Origin: an uncultured Verrucomicrobiota bacterium
GTDB lineage: Bacteria; Verrucomicrobiota; Kiritimatiellia; CAIVKH01
Assembly (NCBI GenBank): GCA_937894535.1
Contig: CALBHI010000156.1
Coordinates: forward strand, 1 to 47,221
DNA length: 47,221 nucleotides
Reading direction: 5' to 3'
In this document: positions 27,001 through 35,163 of the stretch, piece after piece
Layout: each line of letters starts with the position of its first letter
Position numbering within the stretch: position 1 is the stretch's first letter
Program-made: the position numbers and the translations under genes
The notes under the pieces: model-generated
Told to the model about the DNA's origin: nothing
Seen by the model: only the letters and a program-made list of their open reading frames with translations
Databases searched by the model: none

Positions 27001-30000
27001 TCGTGGTGACCGCGCAACTGGTCGGTGGCGGCAGTTCCAACGTGACCGCCCGCTCCACGTTCTCGTCGAGCTCCGCGGCCATTGCTTCGGTCAATCAAGC
27101 CGGGCGTATGGTCGCACAGAACAACGGCATCGCCACCCTCACCGCCACCTTTAAAACCAACACGGCGCAGGCGGCGATCACCGTAAACATCGTCGTGCTG
27201 ACCAACTTCACCGCGCATAGTTCCAAGCCGGTGCTGGTGTTCCCCGGCGACACCGCGCAGATCACCGTGACCGGCCAGTACAGCAACGGAACGAGCGCTC
27301 CGCTGTTCGCCGGCGTATCCTATGGCGCGCAACATCCCGCTGTAGCCACCATCAACGGTTCCGGTCTGATCACGGCTCAGGCGGAGGGGTCGGCCAATTT
27401 CTCGGTCGGGGTAGGGGGGCTTCCGCCGAAGACTGTTTCCGTCGGCGTAACCTTCGGACTGAATCCACCGCCGACCGTTTCGTTTGTCAGCCCCGCCCCG
27501 GGAACCTTGGTGGAGCGCGGGCAAACCTTCCCGGTGAACGTGCAAGCGGTCGATCCGACCGGCGGGGTCACGCGGGTGATTCTGACCTCGACGGGCGAAT
27601 TGGTGTCGTCCAATGAGCAGGTGTTCACGGTGACCCCGAACACCACCCGGTCCTTCAGCCGGACGGTTCCGGTCGATGCCACCCTCGGCGGCACGATCAC
27701 CTTCCGCGCCTGGGCGGTGGATGTCGGCGGCCTGGTTTCGACCACGCAATCCCTGAGCGTGACCGTGGCCGACCTCACCGCCCCCGCCGTTTCCATCCTC
27801 GCTCCGACCAATGGCCAGTCGTTCAACGCGGGCAGCACGGTGACCGTGGTGGTGGCGTCGAGCGACGCGGTCGGGGTGGGAGAGGTGCGCTACACCGCCG
27901 ACGGCGCCTTGTCGGCCGGCGGCGCGGTGACCAATGCCTTCACGCCGGCGGCAACCAACAGTTTCAGTTTCATCGTGCCGCCGGGCGCATCAATCCCCGA
28001 CGTGTACCTGTCGGCTCTCGCCCGCGACGCGGCGGGCAACGAACGCACCTCGACGCCGGTGCAGATCGTGTTGACCGGTGCCGACATCACGCCGCCCGCG
28101 ACGATCATCACCGCGGCCTCCGCGCCGGGTTCGTCGGTGAGCAATATCCTCAGCTACACGGTGACCGACGGCTTCGCCGATCTGGCCTATGTGCAGGTCT
28201 ATTTCCGCCGTAACGGCATCGGCACCTTCAACCTCTACACCGAGACCTCCGGCACCAATATCCTCGGCCGCTTCTTCCCGCAAAGCGGCACCAACGGAAC
28301 CGTGGTGTTCGATTCGACACGGATGGGCGGCGACGGGTTCTACGAATTCTACTCGGTGGCGGTGGATCAGGCCGGCAACCGCGAAGCCGCACCGGTCAGC
28401 GCCGATCAAACCGCTACCTTCAACGTCGGCACGGTGTGGGTGGAGATCACCGCCTCCACGAACCTCAGCGCCACGGATTTCTCGTTGGATAACGTCAACC
28501 TGCGCATCTCCAACGCGGTGGTGACCATTGAGGGCGCGCATACCTTCCGCAACGTGGAATTGCTCGGCACCTCCCGCATCACCCACGCCGAGGCGACGGT
28601 GAGCAATGAGCCGTCCTTCAACCTGACCCTGTGGTCGCTGTCAATGACCTCCAATGCATCCATCAACGTGACCGGTCGGGGTTACCTCGGCGGACAGCAG
28701 CCGGGCAATCCGTTTAATGAGGGCCGCACGACCAATCAGGCGTTCGGGTCGTCTTTACGCGCCGGTGGAAGCCATGGCGGCATCGGCGGCATCTTTTCGG
28801 GAAGCATACCCGGTCCGCTGTACGGAAACCTCCAGCAGCCGACGGAACTCGGTTCCGGCGGCGGCAGCCGCGGCGATTCTATTGTGGCCGGTGGCGACGG
28901 CGGCGGACGCATCCGGATCACGGCGATCAACATCGCGGCGGACGGTGCGATACGAGCCGATGGAAATACTGGGAACGGCTGGCAGTCCGGCGGCGGTTCC
29001 GGCGGCTCGATCTTCCTCGTCACCCGCACCTTGTCCGGCCTCGGACTGGTCACCGCCAACGGCGGCGGCAACGAGGTGGGCGGCGGCGGCGGGCGGGTCT
29101 CCGTGCAGCACACGGACATCTCCACCAAGGATACCTCGCTGATCCGGGCCATCGGGTTCGATGGAACCCAGGCCGATGGCGGAAACGGAACGGTGTTCCT
29201 GAAGGGACCTGAAGACAACAACGGGACCTTGATGATCGACGGCTTGGGCGTGGTCGGACCGTTCAATGGATTGCCGATTCCGGTCGGCGTGACCTTCGAC
29301 CACATCATTCTGCGCAACAACGCCCGCGTGGTGGTGGACGATCCCATCGTGGTCCGCGATTCGCTGGAGATTCAAACCGGCGCGGTGCTGACCCACTCGA
29401 CCGCACAAACCAACGGGCTGCACATCACCGCCAACCGTGTGGTCATCGATGCGACCAGCGCCATTGACGTTACCGGACGCGGCTACCGTGGCGGGTATCG
29501 CGATGGCAACAACCAGAATCCGGGCGAGACGCTGGGCGGTCAAACGGGAGCGGAGAACCGGGTGGGCGGCAGCCACGGCGGACTTGGCGGAGATTTCTCC
29601 GGGCTCGGTAACAACCTCGTGTACGGGTCGCCGTACGATCCGGTCCACCTCGGCGCGGGCGGGGGAAGCCGGGGTGATCAGTTTGTGACCGGAGGCAATG
29701 GCGGCGGTCGCATCACCATCGTTGCGTCCAATGGTGTCACCGTACATGGTGCGATCCGGGCGGACGGACAGCCCGGCAATGGGTGGCAATCCGGCGGCGG
29801 CGCCGGCGGGTCGATCAAGATTGAAGCCCCGCTGTTTTTCGGAACCGGGTCCGTGACCGCCAACGGCGGCGGCAATGAGGTCGGCGGGGGCGGGGGACGC
29901 ATCCTGATCGACTATGACCTGCTCGGCCTCGGCTCGAACAACTTTGGTCAGACGCGCAATATCACCGCATCCGGATTCAAGGGCAGCGTGCGCCACGGCA

Positions 30001-32930
30001 GTTCGGGAACGGTGCTGCTGCGCCAGAGCGGACAGATGATCGGCGACCTGATTCTTGACGCCACCACCACAAATGCCACCGCGCAGCTCTGGAGCCCGTT
30101 GACCCCGATCGGTCTTGGCCGGAGCGTTTCGCTCACCGCGGACACCTTGACCCTCGACGGCGCGGTGACGGTTCTGCCCGGTGGTCTGGTCGGCCTGACC
30201 CTGCGACCGAATGTAAATGCCTCCGTCGGCTTCATCATCACCGACAACACGGCTTCGACGATCACCGTCGCCGTGAACGGTCCGACCAACCTGCTGGCCG
30301 TCGCGGTCCCCGGTGATGAATACGCGGCGGAGTACCGGTTCGACAACGTGATTCTGCGACGCGGCGCATGGGTCGTGACCAGCGACCGGTTGATCGTGAA
30401 CCAGGCCATGCAGGTCACCGAGAACAGCGTGGTCACGCATTACACGTCGAAGACCAATTACTTGCCCGGGCTGGATATCGTCGCCGGTCAGGTCTTCGTG
30501 GCCAGCAACAGCGCCCTGAATGCAGATGGGCGTGGCTACCTAGGTGGGCAACAGCCGGGCAATCCTTTCAACGAGGCCCGGACTCTGGACAATGCGTTGG
30601 GCTCCACGCAGCGGGCCGGTGGAAGTCATGGCGGTATCGGAGGACAGTTAAGCGATACGGCGGCTGGATCGATCTATGGCAGTATCACCACGCCCGATGA
30701 CCTTGGCGCGGGTGGGGGAAGCCGGGGTGATCAGTTTGTGGCCGGTGGCAACGGCGGCGGACGGATTCGATTGGTCGCGGAGACCGTGACGGTTCACGGG
30801 GCCATTTCCGCTGGCGGTGCCAACGGCCTGGGCTGGAATTCCGGAAGCGGCGCCGGCGGTTCGATCCTGATTTCCGCGTCGGCGGTGGAAGGCGACGGCA
30901 TCCTTCGCGCCAATGGCGGGGTCGGCGAAGTCGCGGGCGCCGGTGGCCGTGTCGCGTTGTACTACACGGCCTTGGGCATGGCTTCATCGAATATCCAGGC
31001 GCGCGGCGGGGATGGAACCTCCACCGATAGCGGCCACGGCACGGTCTTCCTGAAGACGCCGGCCCAGGCGCTGGGCACGCTGGTCATCGATGGCGCCAAT
31101 ATCACCTCGCCGGAAGACTCCACGCCGCTGCCGCCGGGGTACGTCTTCGACCAGATCGTCTTCCGCAACCGCGCCCGTGTGCTCGCCGATGTGCCGGTCG
31201 TGGCGACCGATACGATCAGCCTGCTCGCCAGCAGCCGGGTGAGCCATACGCGCGGTTTCCTGCCGGGACTCGTGGTCACGTCGGCGAATGTCATCGTCGA
31301 TTCCACGTCGGCCTTCGACGCAAGCGCGAAGGGTTATCGCGGCGGCCAGCGCGCCGGGTTCACCAACAATGCGGGTGAAACCGTCGGTTCGACAACCGGC
31401 TCCACGGTCTTTTCCGGCGGAAGTTATGGCGGGCTGGGCGCCTCGTATCTGGGCGGTTTTGCCGGGCCGACGTATGGCGTGCCCGTCGAACCGGTGTGGT
31501 TCGGGTCCGGCGGATCAAGCCGGGGTGATGTGTTTGTGCCAGGAGGTAATGGTGGTGGACGGGTCACCTTGATGGTGAGCGGCACGCTGACGATTGACGG
31601 CTTGGTGCTGGCGAATGGGCAAGCCGGTTTGGGGTGGAACTCCGGAGGCGGCTCGGGCGGATCGATCCTGGTGCACGCGGGCACGCTGGCGGGCAGCGGG
31701 GGCGTTCTCGCCAACGGCGGCGGGAACGAGGTCGGCGGTGGCGGGGGCCGTATCGCGATCTTCCACACGAACCTCGTCATGGCGGTTACCAACATAGCGG
31801 CCATCGGCGGAGCCGGCTTCGGCGGATTCCGCGGCGGCAATGGCACGGTGCTCCTGATGTCGGGCACGCAGACCAACGGCGATCTGATCGTCGATGGCTA
31901 TGGATTCTCCACCCCGAGCGACTCGACCCCCATGCCGACGAATGTGGTCTTCGACAACGTCATCTTCCGCAACGGGGCGCGTATTCAATTGGTTGAACCG
32001 TTGGTCGTCGCGGGTTCCGTGCAGGTGACCAGCAACTCCGTCCTCACCCATGCGCGCGGCAACGAAGCAGGACTGCGAATTGAGGCGCAGTTGCTGTTCA
32101 TCGGCACCAACAGTTCCATCGATGTGTCCGGGCGCGGCTACCGCGGCGGCCAGCGCGACGGAAACACGGCGAATACCGGCGAAACCACGAACAACACGCC
32201 CGGCTCGACTGTGTTCGCCGGCGGCAGCCATGGCGGCCTCGGTGGGCAGTGGAGCGGGGGTGTGGCGAACCCGACCTACGGGTCCGTGACGAATCCAGTC
32301 CTTCTCGGTTCCGGCGGTTCAAGCCGCGGCGATGCCGCGATTCCGGGCGGCAACGGCGGCGGACGCATCGCGCTGGCGATAACCGGCGGCATCACCAACG
32401 ATGGGCGGATCGTTGCCGACGGTCAGGCGGGTTCCGGCTTTAACTCGGGCGGTGGCTCGGGCGGCTCCATCAAGATTTCGGCGGACTCCCTTTCGGGCGG
32501 GGGAACGATCGAGGCGGATGGCGGCGGTAACGAGGTTGGCGGCGGTGGTGGCCGCATCGCCATTTACGTGAACAGCCTGGCTGTCGCCACCAACCGGATC
32601 ACGGCGGCGGGCGGTATCGGTTTTGGCGGCGGTGGAGCAGGCAGCGCCGGTACGGTATATCTCGGGATTCCGCCCGGCCCGTTAAGCCTACCGAGCTTGA
32701 ACCCGGTACTTGTTCCGGTTCCCGCCGCACGGGCCGCGTGGTCGGCCGGGTCGGAGTTCGTGGTGGTGTGGGATGTCGCGACCGGCGTCACCTACGCCGT
32801 GCAGTACAGCCCGCACCTGATACCGGCTTCGTGGACGACCATTCAGTACCTGGTGCATCCGGTCTGGACCGGTGTGTGGCCCAGCGGAGACGGACAGGGG
32901 TTCCTCCGAATCCAAGGCAATCCCGACTGA
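24063..32930 (+). CDS. Giant secreted protein (2955 aa): Ig-like/CARDB/Big_2/SbsA-type domains followed by five glycine-rich beta-helix-like modules
   Basis: - ATG at 24063 with GGAGG 7 nt upstream. Signal peptide MKRWLSILAGIAMSSIAAAA. The track ORF start at 23751 overlaps the previous gene and is not credible.
- The N-terminal two-thirds is a chain of Ig-like domains, including Big_2-like ASVNQAGRMVAQNNGIATLTATF.
- The C-terminal third is the modular repeat listed separately. Confidence 0.8.
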   Translation: MKRWLSILAGIAMSSIAAAAIQVQVTGPGGSATRTLPDGGGNFDVDLPLVANSVNQITISATDASTNRVEKNINITQLSLDQIVVSQVTTERLPPERVVELVNQGVINVADPENFNVSTFNIVLTIGGQRVPISTPIVMPIQEMMGFETIRPQSDPGSGGGGTPNIQDTEIVVFELSPPSPPGIPAPRIYGVIVMEGRIKSLKEFYSVRLLLMNTSGIFTLKDVMAQLTFPDGGLSHTLPSDGFISFGDILPGDGGKPGQKEREFIIRGDELGVRRVKIDFGGTVAGPGLPEENPIAFNGTAESSVEVKGPPSFLVTVIHPPQVFTNEPYNLVVEIQNTGELPALYASFELEVGADAQIENCIVNTNTLEVECSFGAGPVIRTFGHILPGEKVRETYRLNPLKSGPITSCLGISGQNIQLQVAVGNIGCLVGQYPPTLGVPEGLPVVNVAPMPNQLGVSPTAPVSAFFSELMNEATLTTGEGGTFNVLDPSGAIVNGGIRFVTIGGRTVAIWQRDAGFNILDDNTRYEVVITSGARDLDGNALFNPWRSWFRTTSLLDDQDPPELTMTILPPVDPNLVLPGQLLVVNAYASDQGTGIRRVELRIKSLTDTNSLYALIDQKTVFDPLVTLEPSIFTIDTASLTPGDTYQLLGTAFDVAGNARDSTLAFVLAPDANPPVITLPPDPTNFILRGVSVPLTPSSVTGAVRNVQYFLNDATNPVATVFLAPWQTFVRTLDLAIGVYTVKAVAVDALLQTGEDTFVFELVENLNEPQVGFGAAVNGGSFVTGSVVSVLGYAEDPVGIRSVGFYLNSVASPLLATNLAPFTFSTAGLATGTYRIILLASNNLGIANNVFDPQSYLEFNVVESPPGPPPPAPVVNNLTDPDTGTTAVTGTSIPGATVTIVNTNQGFVQAVIVATNGVFTGNISANGGDGLRLTVFHAPTSPSNSAPTLVTVPVPPVVTNLLVTPGSRTFTAAGQFQDFVVTAQLVGGGSSNVTARSTFSSSSAAIASVNQAGRMVAQNNGIATLTATFKTNTAQAAITVNIVVLTNFTAHSSKPVLVFPGDTAQITVTGQYSNGTSAPLFAGVSYGAQHPAVATINGSGLITAQAEGSANFSVGVGGLPPKTVSVGVTFGLNPPPTVSFVSPAPGTLVERGQTFPVNVQAVDPTGGVTRVILTSTGELVSSNEQVFTVTPNTTRSFSRTVPVDATLGGTITFRAWAVDVGGLVSTTQSLSVTVADLTAPAVSILAPTNGQSFNAGSTVTVVVASSDAVGVGEVRYTADGALSAGGAVTNAFTPAATNSFSFIVPPGASIPDVYLSALARDAAGNERTSTPVQIVLTGADITPPATIITAASAPGSSVSNILSYTVTDGFADLAYVQVYFRRNGIGTFNLYTETSGTNILGRFFPQSGTNGTVVFDSTRMGGDGFYEFYSVAVDQAGNREAAPVSADQTATFNVGTVWVEITASTNLSATDFSLDNVNLRISNAVVTIEGAHTFRNVELLGTSRITHAEATVSNEPSFNLTLWSLSMTSNASINVTGRGYLGGQQPGNPFNEGRTTNQAFGSSLRAGGSHGGIGGIFSGSIPGPLYGNLQQPTELGSGGGSRGDSIVAGGDGGGRIRITAINIAADGAIRADGNTGNGWQSGGGSGGSIFLVTRTLSGLGLVTANGGGNEVGGGGGRVSVQHTDISTKDTSLIRAIGFDGTQADGGNGTVFLKGPEDNNGTLMIDGLGVVGPFNGLPIPVGVTFDHIILRNNARVVVDDPIVVRDSLEIQTGAVLTHSTAQTNGLHITANRVVIDATSAIDVTGRGYRGGYRDGNNQNPGETLGGQTGAENRVGGSHGGLGGDFSGLGNNLVYGSPYDPVHLGAGGGSRGDQFVTGGNGGGRITIVASNGVTVHGAIRADGQPGNGWQSGGGAGGSIKIEAPLFFGTGSVTANGGGNEVGGGGGRILIDYDLLGLGSNNFGQTRNITASGFKGSVRHGSSGTVLLRQSGQMIGDLILDATTTNATAQLWSPLTPIGLGRSVSLTADTLTLDGAVTVLPGGLVGLTLRPNVNASVGFIITDNTASTITVAVNGPTNLLAVAVPGDEYAAEYRFDNVILRRGAWVVTSDRLIVNQAMQVTENSVVTHYTSKTNYLPGLDIVAGQVFVASNSALNADGRGYLGGQQPGNPFNEARTLDNALGSTQRAGGSHGGIGGQLSDTAAGSIYGSITTPDDLGAGGGSRGDQFVAGGNGGGRIRLVAETVTVHGAISAGGANGLGWNSGSGAGGSILISASAVEGDGILRANGGVGEVAGAGGRVALYYTALGMASSNIQARGGDGTSTDSGHGTVFLKTPAQALGTLVIDGANITSPEDSTPLPPGYVFDQIVFRNRARVLADVPVVATDTISLLASSRVSHTRGFLPGLVVTSANVIVDSTSAFDASAKGYRGGQRAGFTNNAGETVGSTTGSTVFSGGSYGGLGASYLGGFAGPTYGVPVEPVWFGSGGSSRGDVFVPGGNGGGRVTLMVSGTLTIDGLVLANGQAGLGWNSGGGSGGSILVHAGTLAGSGGVLANGGGNEVGGGGGRIAIFHTNLVMAVTNIAAIGGAGFGGFRGGNGTVLLMSGTQTNGDLIVDGYGFSTPSDSTPMPTNVVFDNVIFRNGARIQLVEPLVVAGSVQVTSNSVLTHARGNEAGLRIEAQLLFIGTNSSIDVSGRGYRGGQRDGNTANTGETTNNTPGSTVFAGGSHGGLGGQWSGGVANPTYGSVTNPVLLGSGGSSRGDAAIPGGNGGGRIALAITGGITNDGRIVADGQAGSGFNSGGGSGGSIKISADSLSGGGTIEADGGGNEVGGGGGRIAIYVNSLAVATNRITAAGGIGFGGGGAGSAGTVYLGIPPGPLSLPSLNPVLVPVPAARAAWSAGSEFVVVWDVATGVTYAVQYSPHLIPASWTTIQYLVHPVWTGVWPSGDGQGFLRIQGNPD
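28490..32665 (+). repeat. Five in-frame glycine-rich modules inside CDS 24063-32930
   Basis: - The G(R/K)GY anchor motif starts at 28674, 29475, 30528, 31329 and 32130.
- Spacings are 801, 1053, 801 and 801 nt, i.e. 267-aa modules with one 84-aa insertion.
- Each module carries GGSHGG(I/L)GG, G(G/S)SRGD, GGNGGGRI, GW(Q/N)SGGG(S/A)GGSI and ANGGGNEVGGGGGR. Confidence 0.9.
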
Positions 32931-32948
32931 CGCACCATTCCCGCCGCC

Positions 32949-32985
32949 TCGACACATCGCGGTGGCTGTGCGATAGTAACGGCCT
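32949..32985 (+). promoter_or_regulatory. Candidate sigma70-type promoter giving a leaderless or near-leaderless transcript of the reductase gene
   Basis: TCGACA (32949-32954), a 17-nt spacer, then GATAGT (32972-32977). The ATG at 32986 lies 8 nt after the -10 element and there is no SD sequence. Confidence 0.3.
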
Positions 32986-34194
32986 ATGCGCGTCGCTATC
33001 ATCGGAGCCGGTCCGTCCGGCTTCTTCGTCGCGGGGGAAATTCTGAAACGGTGTCCGGGCTGCGAGGTCCATCTGCTGGAGAAGCGGGTGGCACCGTACG
33101 GCCTGGTCCGTTACGGGGTGGCCCCCGACCACCTGCTCACCCGCCGCGCGATCAAACTATTCGACCAGATCGCCGACCACGCGCGCTTCCAGTACTACGG
33201 CAACGTGGAGGTCAACCGCGACGTGACCCTGGAAACCCTGCGCCAGTCCTACCATGCGGTGATACTCTGTGCCGGCGCAGAGGTGCCGAACCGCCCGGAT
33301 GTGCCGGGCGCACGGCTGCGCGGCGCGGTGGACGCCCTCGACCTCGCCCGCTGGGCCAACGGCGAGGCGGAGGCCTTTGATGCGGCGTGGCTCGATGGCG
33401 TACGCGACGTGGTGATCATCGGCAACGGCAACGTCGCCCTCGATGCCGCGCGCCTGTTCCTGCGCGGGGCGGCGACGTGGGTCGCGACCGACATCGCACC
33501 CTACGCGATGGAGGCGCTCGCCCACCACCGCGTTGCCTCCGTGACCATTGCTGGCCGCCGCAGCGCGGCCGAGGCCTCGTTCACCGAAGCCGAATGGAAC
33601 GAGGTGGTGGGATTGCCCGGCTGGTCGGTCGCCGCCGACGAGACCGGCCCGTTTGGACCCTTGCCCGAAAAACCCGGCTCGGACCGCCACCTTGTCTTCC
33701 GCTCCCGTCTGCACACCGCTTGCCTGCTCGGGGGCGAACGGGTGGTCGGGGTGCGGTTTTCCCACGCCGATACCGGCGCCACCGTCGAGCTGCCCGCGCA
33801 TCTGGTCGTCTTCGCCACCGGACACCGCGCTCCGCGCTGGGAGGGCTTGCCCTACGACGCCGCGCGCGGAGTGATCCGCAACCAGCGCGGCGCGGTAACC
33901 GGGGCGCCCGGCGTTTATGTCTGCGGGTGGATCAAACGCGGCGCGAAGGGGCTGATCGGGCTGAACCGCAAGGACGCTATCGAAACCGTGGCCACCATGC
34001 TCGAGGACCGCGAGGTCCTGGCCGCACGGCAGCCGGAACCGGCGGATTGGATCGAGGCCTGCCGCGCCCGCGGGGTGCGCATCGTGACCTGGGCCGACTG
34101 GAAACGCCTCGATGCCACGGAAACCGCCCGGGGCGCATCGGTCGGCCGCCCCCGCCTTACGCTTTCCCGGAACGAAGCGCTCGCCTTGCTGTAA
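32986..34194 (+). CDS. FAD-dependent NADPH:ferredoxin/adrenodoxin reductase-like oxidoreductase (FprA family), 402 aa
   Basis: N-terminal Rossmann motif MRVAIIGAGPSGFFVAGEIL is followed by PYGLVRYGVAPDH, the diagnostic block shared with M. tuberculosis FprA and adrenodoxin reductase. A second nucleotide-binding motif is VVIIGNGNVALDAAR. Confidence 0.8.
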   Translation: MRVAIIGAGPSGFFVAGEILKRCPGCEVHLLEKRVAPYGLVRYGVAPDHLLTRRAIKLFDQIADHARFQYYGNVEVNRDVTLETLRQSYHAVILCAGAEVPNRPDVPGARLRGAVDALDLARWANGEAEAFDAAWLDGVRDVVIIGNGNVALDAARLFLRGAATWVATDIAPYAMEALAHHRVASVTIAGRRSAAEASFTEAEWNEVVGLPGWSVAADETGPFGPLPEKPGSDRHLVFRSRLHTACLLGGERVVGVRFSHADTGATVELPAHLVVFATGHRAPRWEGLPYDAARGVIRNQRGAVTGAPGVYVCGWIKRGAKGLIGLNRKDAIETVATMLEDREVLAARQPEPADWIEACRARGVRIVTWADWKRLDATETARGASVGRPRLTLSRNEALALL

Positions 34195-34224
34195 GCTGCG
34201 CGGGGCCGCTCCCGTGAAAATCCT

Positions 34225-34659
34225 CTACCGGGCGATGCCTTCAAACGCGTCGCGTCCGCGCTCCACCCAGTCGGTCTGGATCCCGCAGTCGAAACTCGCA
34301 AACATCCCGCCATGCCGAACGGCCAAGGCGAGCAGGTAGAGATCGGTCAGTTGCTTGGACGTCGCGTGTTTCAGGGTGATCCGCGGTGTTCCCTCGGCCA
34401 GGGAAAGATCATCGGGAAGAAACACGCTGTTCAGCCGCCGGCGGATGGCGGAAAGAGGTGCCATCGCCAACGCCGGCGAACCCGGACCGCCCGGATAATC
34501 CGGGTGACCGTAGATGCGGAGAAAACCATTCTCGGTGATGGGGCAGGTGGCCAGAGCAGGTTTATTGCGGTCGATGTACCACCTCCGGAATGCATCATGA
34601 AACTGGTGCGCCGGATCAGCCGAGGCAATCAACACGTTGATATCAAGAAGGTAAAACAA
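34225..34659 (-). CDS. vapC: Type II toxin, PIN-domain ribonuclease VapC family, 144 aa
   Basis: MFYLLDINVLIA (first acidic PIN residue), TCPITENGFLRI, and LTDLYLLALAVRHGGMFASFD (C-terminal acidic residues). Its start follows the stop of a small upstream antitoxin ORF with a 1-nt gap. Confidence 0.8.
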   Translation of the reverse strand: MFYLLDINVLIASADPAHQFHDAFRRWYIDRNKPALATCPITENGFLRIYGHPDYPGGPGSPALAMAPLSAIRRRLNSVFLPDDLSLAEGTPRITLKHATSKQLTDLYLLALAVRHGGMFASFDCGIQTDWVERGRDAFEGIAR

Positions 34660-34660
34660 C

Positions 34661-34936
34661 TCAGACCCCCTCCCGGTCGCGCAGCTGCTCGATCACCGCG
34701 TCCATGACCACCGGTGCATGTGCATCGCGTTTCAGCACCACAAAACCCAGGTCATCCGTGGTGTAGACGGCTCGTTCCTCCTTGGCCAGCATCGGTCCCG
34801 TTCCCGGGGAGTGTTCCTCCCCAAGTTCCCGGCGAAGGCCGCGGATCATCAACTCCCGCACGCTGGTTCCCCGTTCAATGGCCTTGATCTTTACGTGCCG
34901 GTACAGGGCGTCGGGGATGTCGATCGTGGTTTTCAT
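34661..34936 (-). CDS. vapB: Type II antitoxin (VapB-like, ribbon-helix-helix type), 91 aa
   Basis: The N-terminus MKTTIDIPDALYRHVKIKAIERGTSVRELMIRGL is typical of small DNA-binding antitoxins. It sits immediately upstream of vapC on the same strand. Confidence 0.7.
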   Translation of the reverse strand: MKTTIDIPDALYRHVKIKAIERGTSVRELMIRGLRRELGEEHSPGTGPMLAKEERAVYTTDDLGFVVLKRDAHAPVVMDAVIEQLRDREGV

Positions 34937-34970
34937 GGGGCCATATTACCATTTAACCATATTCATGCAA
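34937..34970 (-). promoter_or_regulatory. Candidate vapBC promoter/operator
   Basis: - On the minus strand: TTGCAT, a 16-nt spacer, TAATAT, 6 nt, then ATG. This predicts a leaderless vapB mRNA.
- The same stretch is three perfect tandem 8-mers on the + strand: ccatatta / ccatttaa / ccatattc (34941-34964). That is a plausible antitoxin operator. Confidence 0.4.
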
Positions 34971-35163
34971 GGGGGGCCGCGGACGGGTTTTGATGGAGCC
35001 CTCCGGATCGCCCGCATGCACCTCCCGGCCGGGGACTTGCACCTTTCTGCGCTTGCCAACTACCGGGCTAAAGGTAGGATTTTCCCTTATGCGCGGGCGT
35101 TGTCCAAGGTATGGAAAACGGCCGCGCAGGGGTGTCCAACCGTTGGACAACAAGGAGGTCGGC

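Noticed and set aside
23850-27749. A 1299-aa ORF on the minus strand. Similar long antisense ORFs lie at 13028-14974, 9878-11116, 7316-8509, 39891-41711, 43521-44948, 45081-46871, 28755-30440, 17347-18936, 21815-23011 and 19630-20760.
   Set aside because: - All lie antisense to, or out of frame with, genes that have clear family motifs.
- Their translations are Arg/Gly/Pro/His/Asp-rich low-complexity strings with no recognisable domains.
- Stop-free antisense frames are expected in high-GC DNA.
- 13028-14974 even runs straight across a divergent intergenic region.
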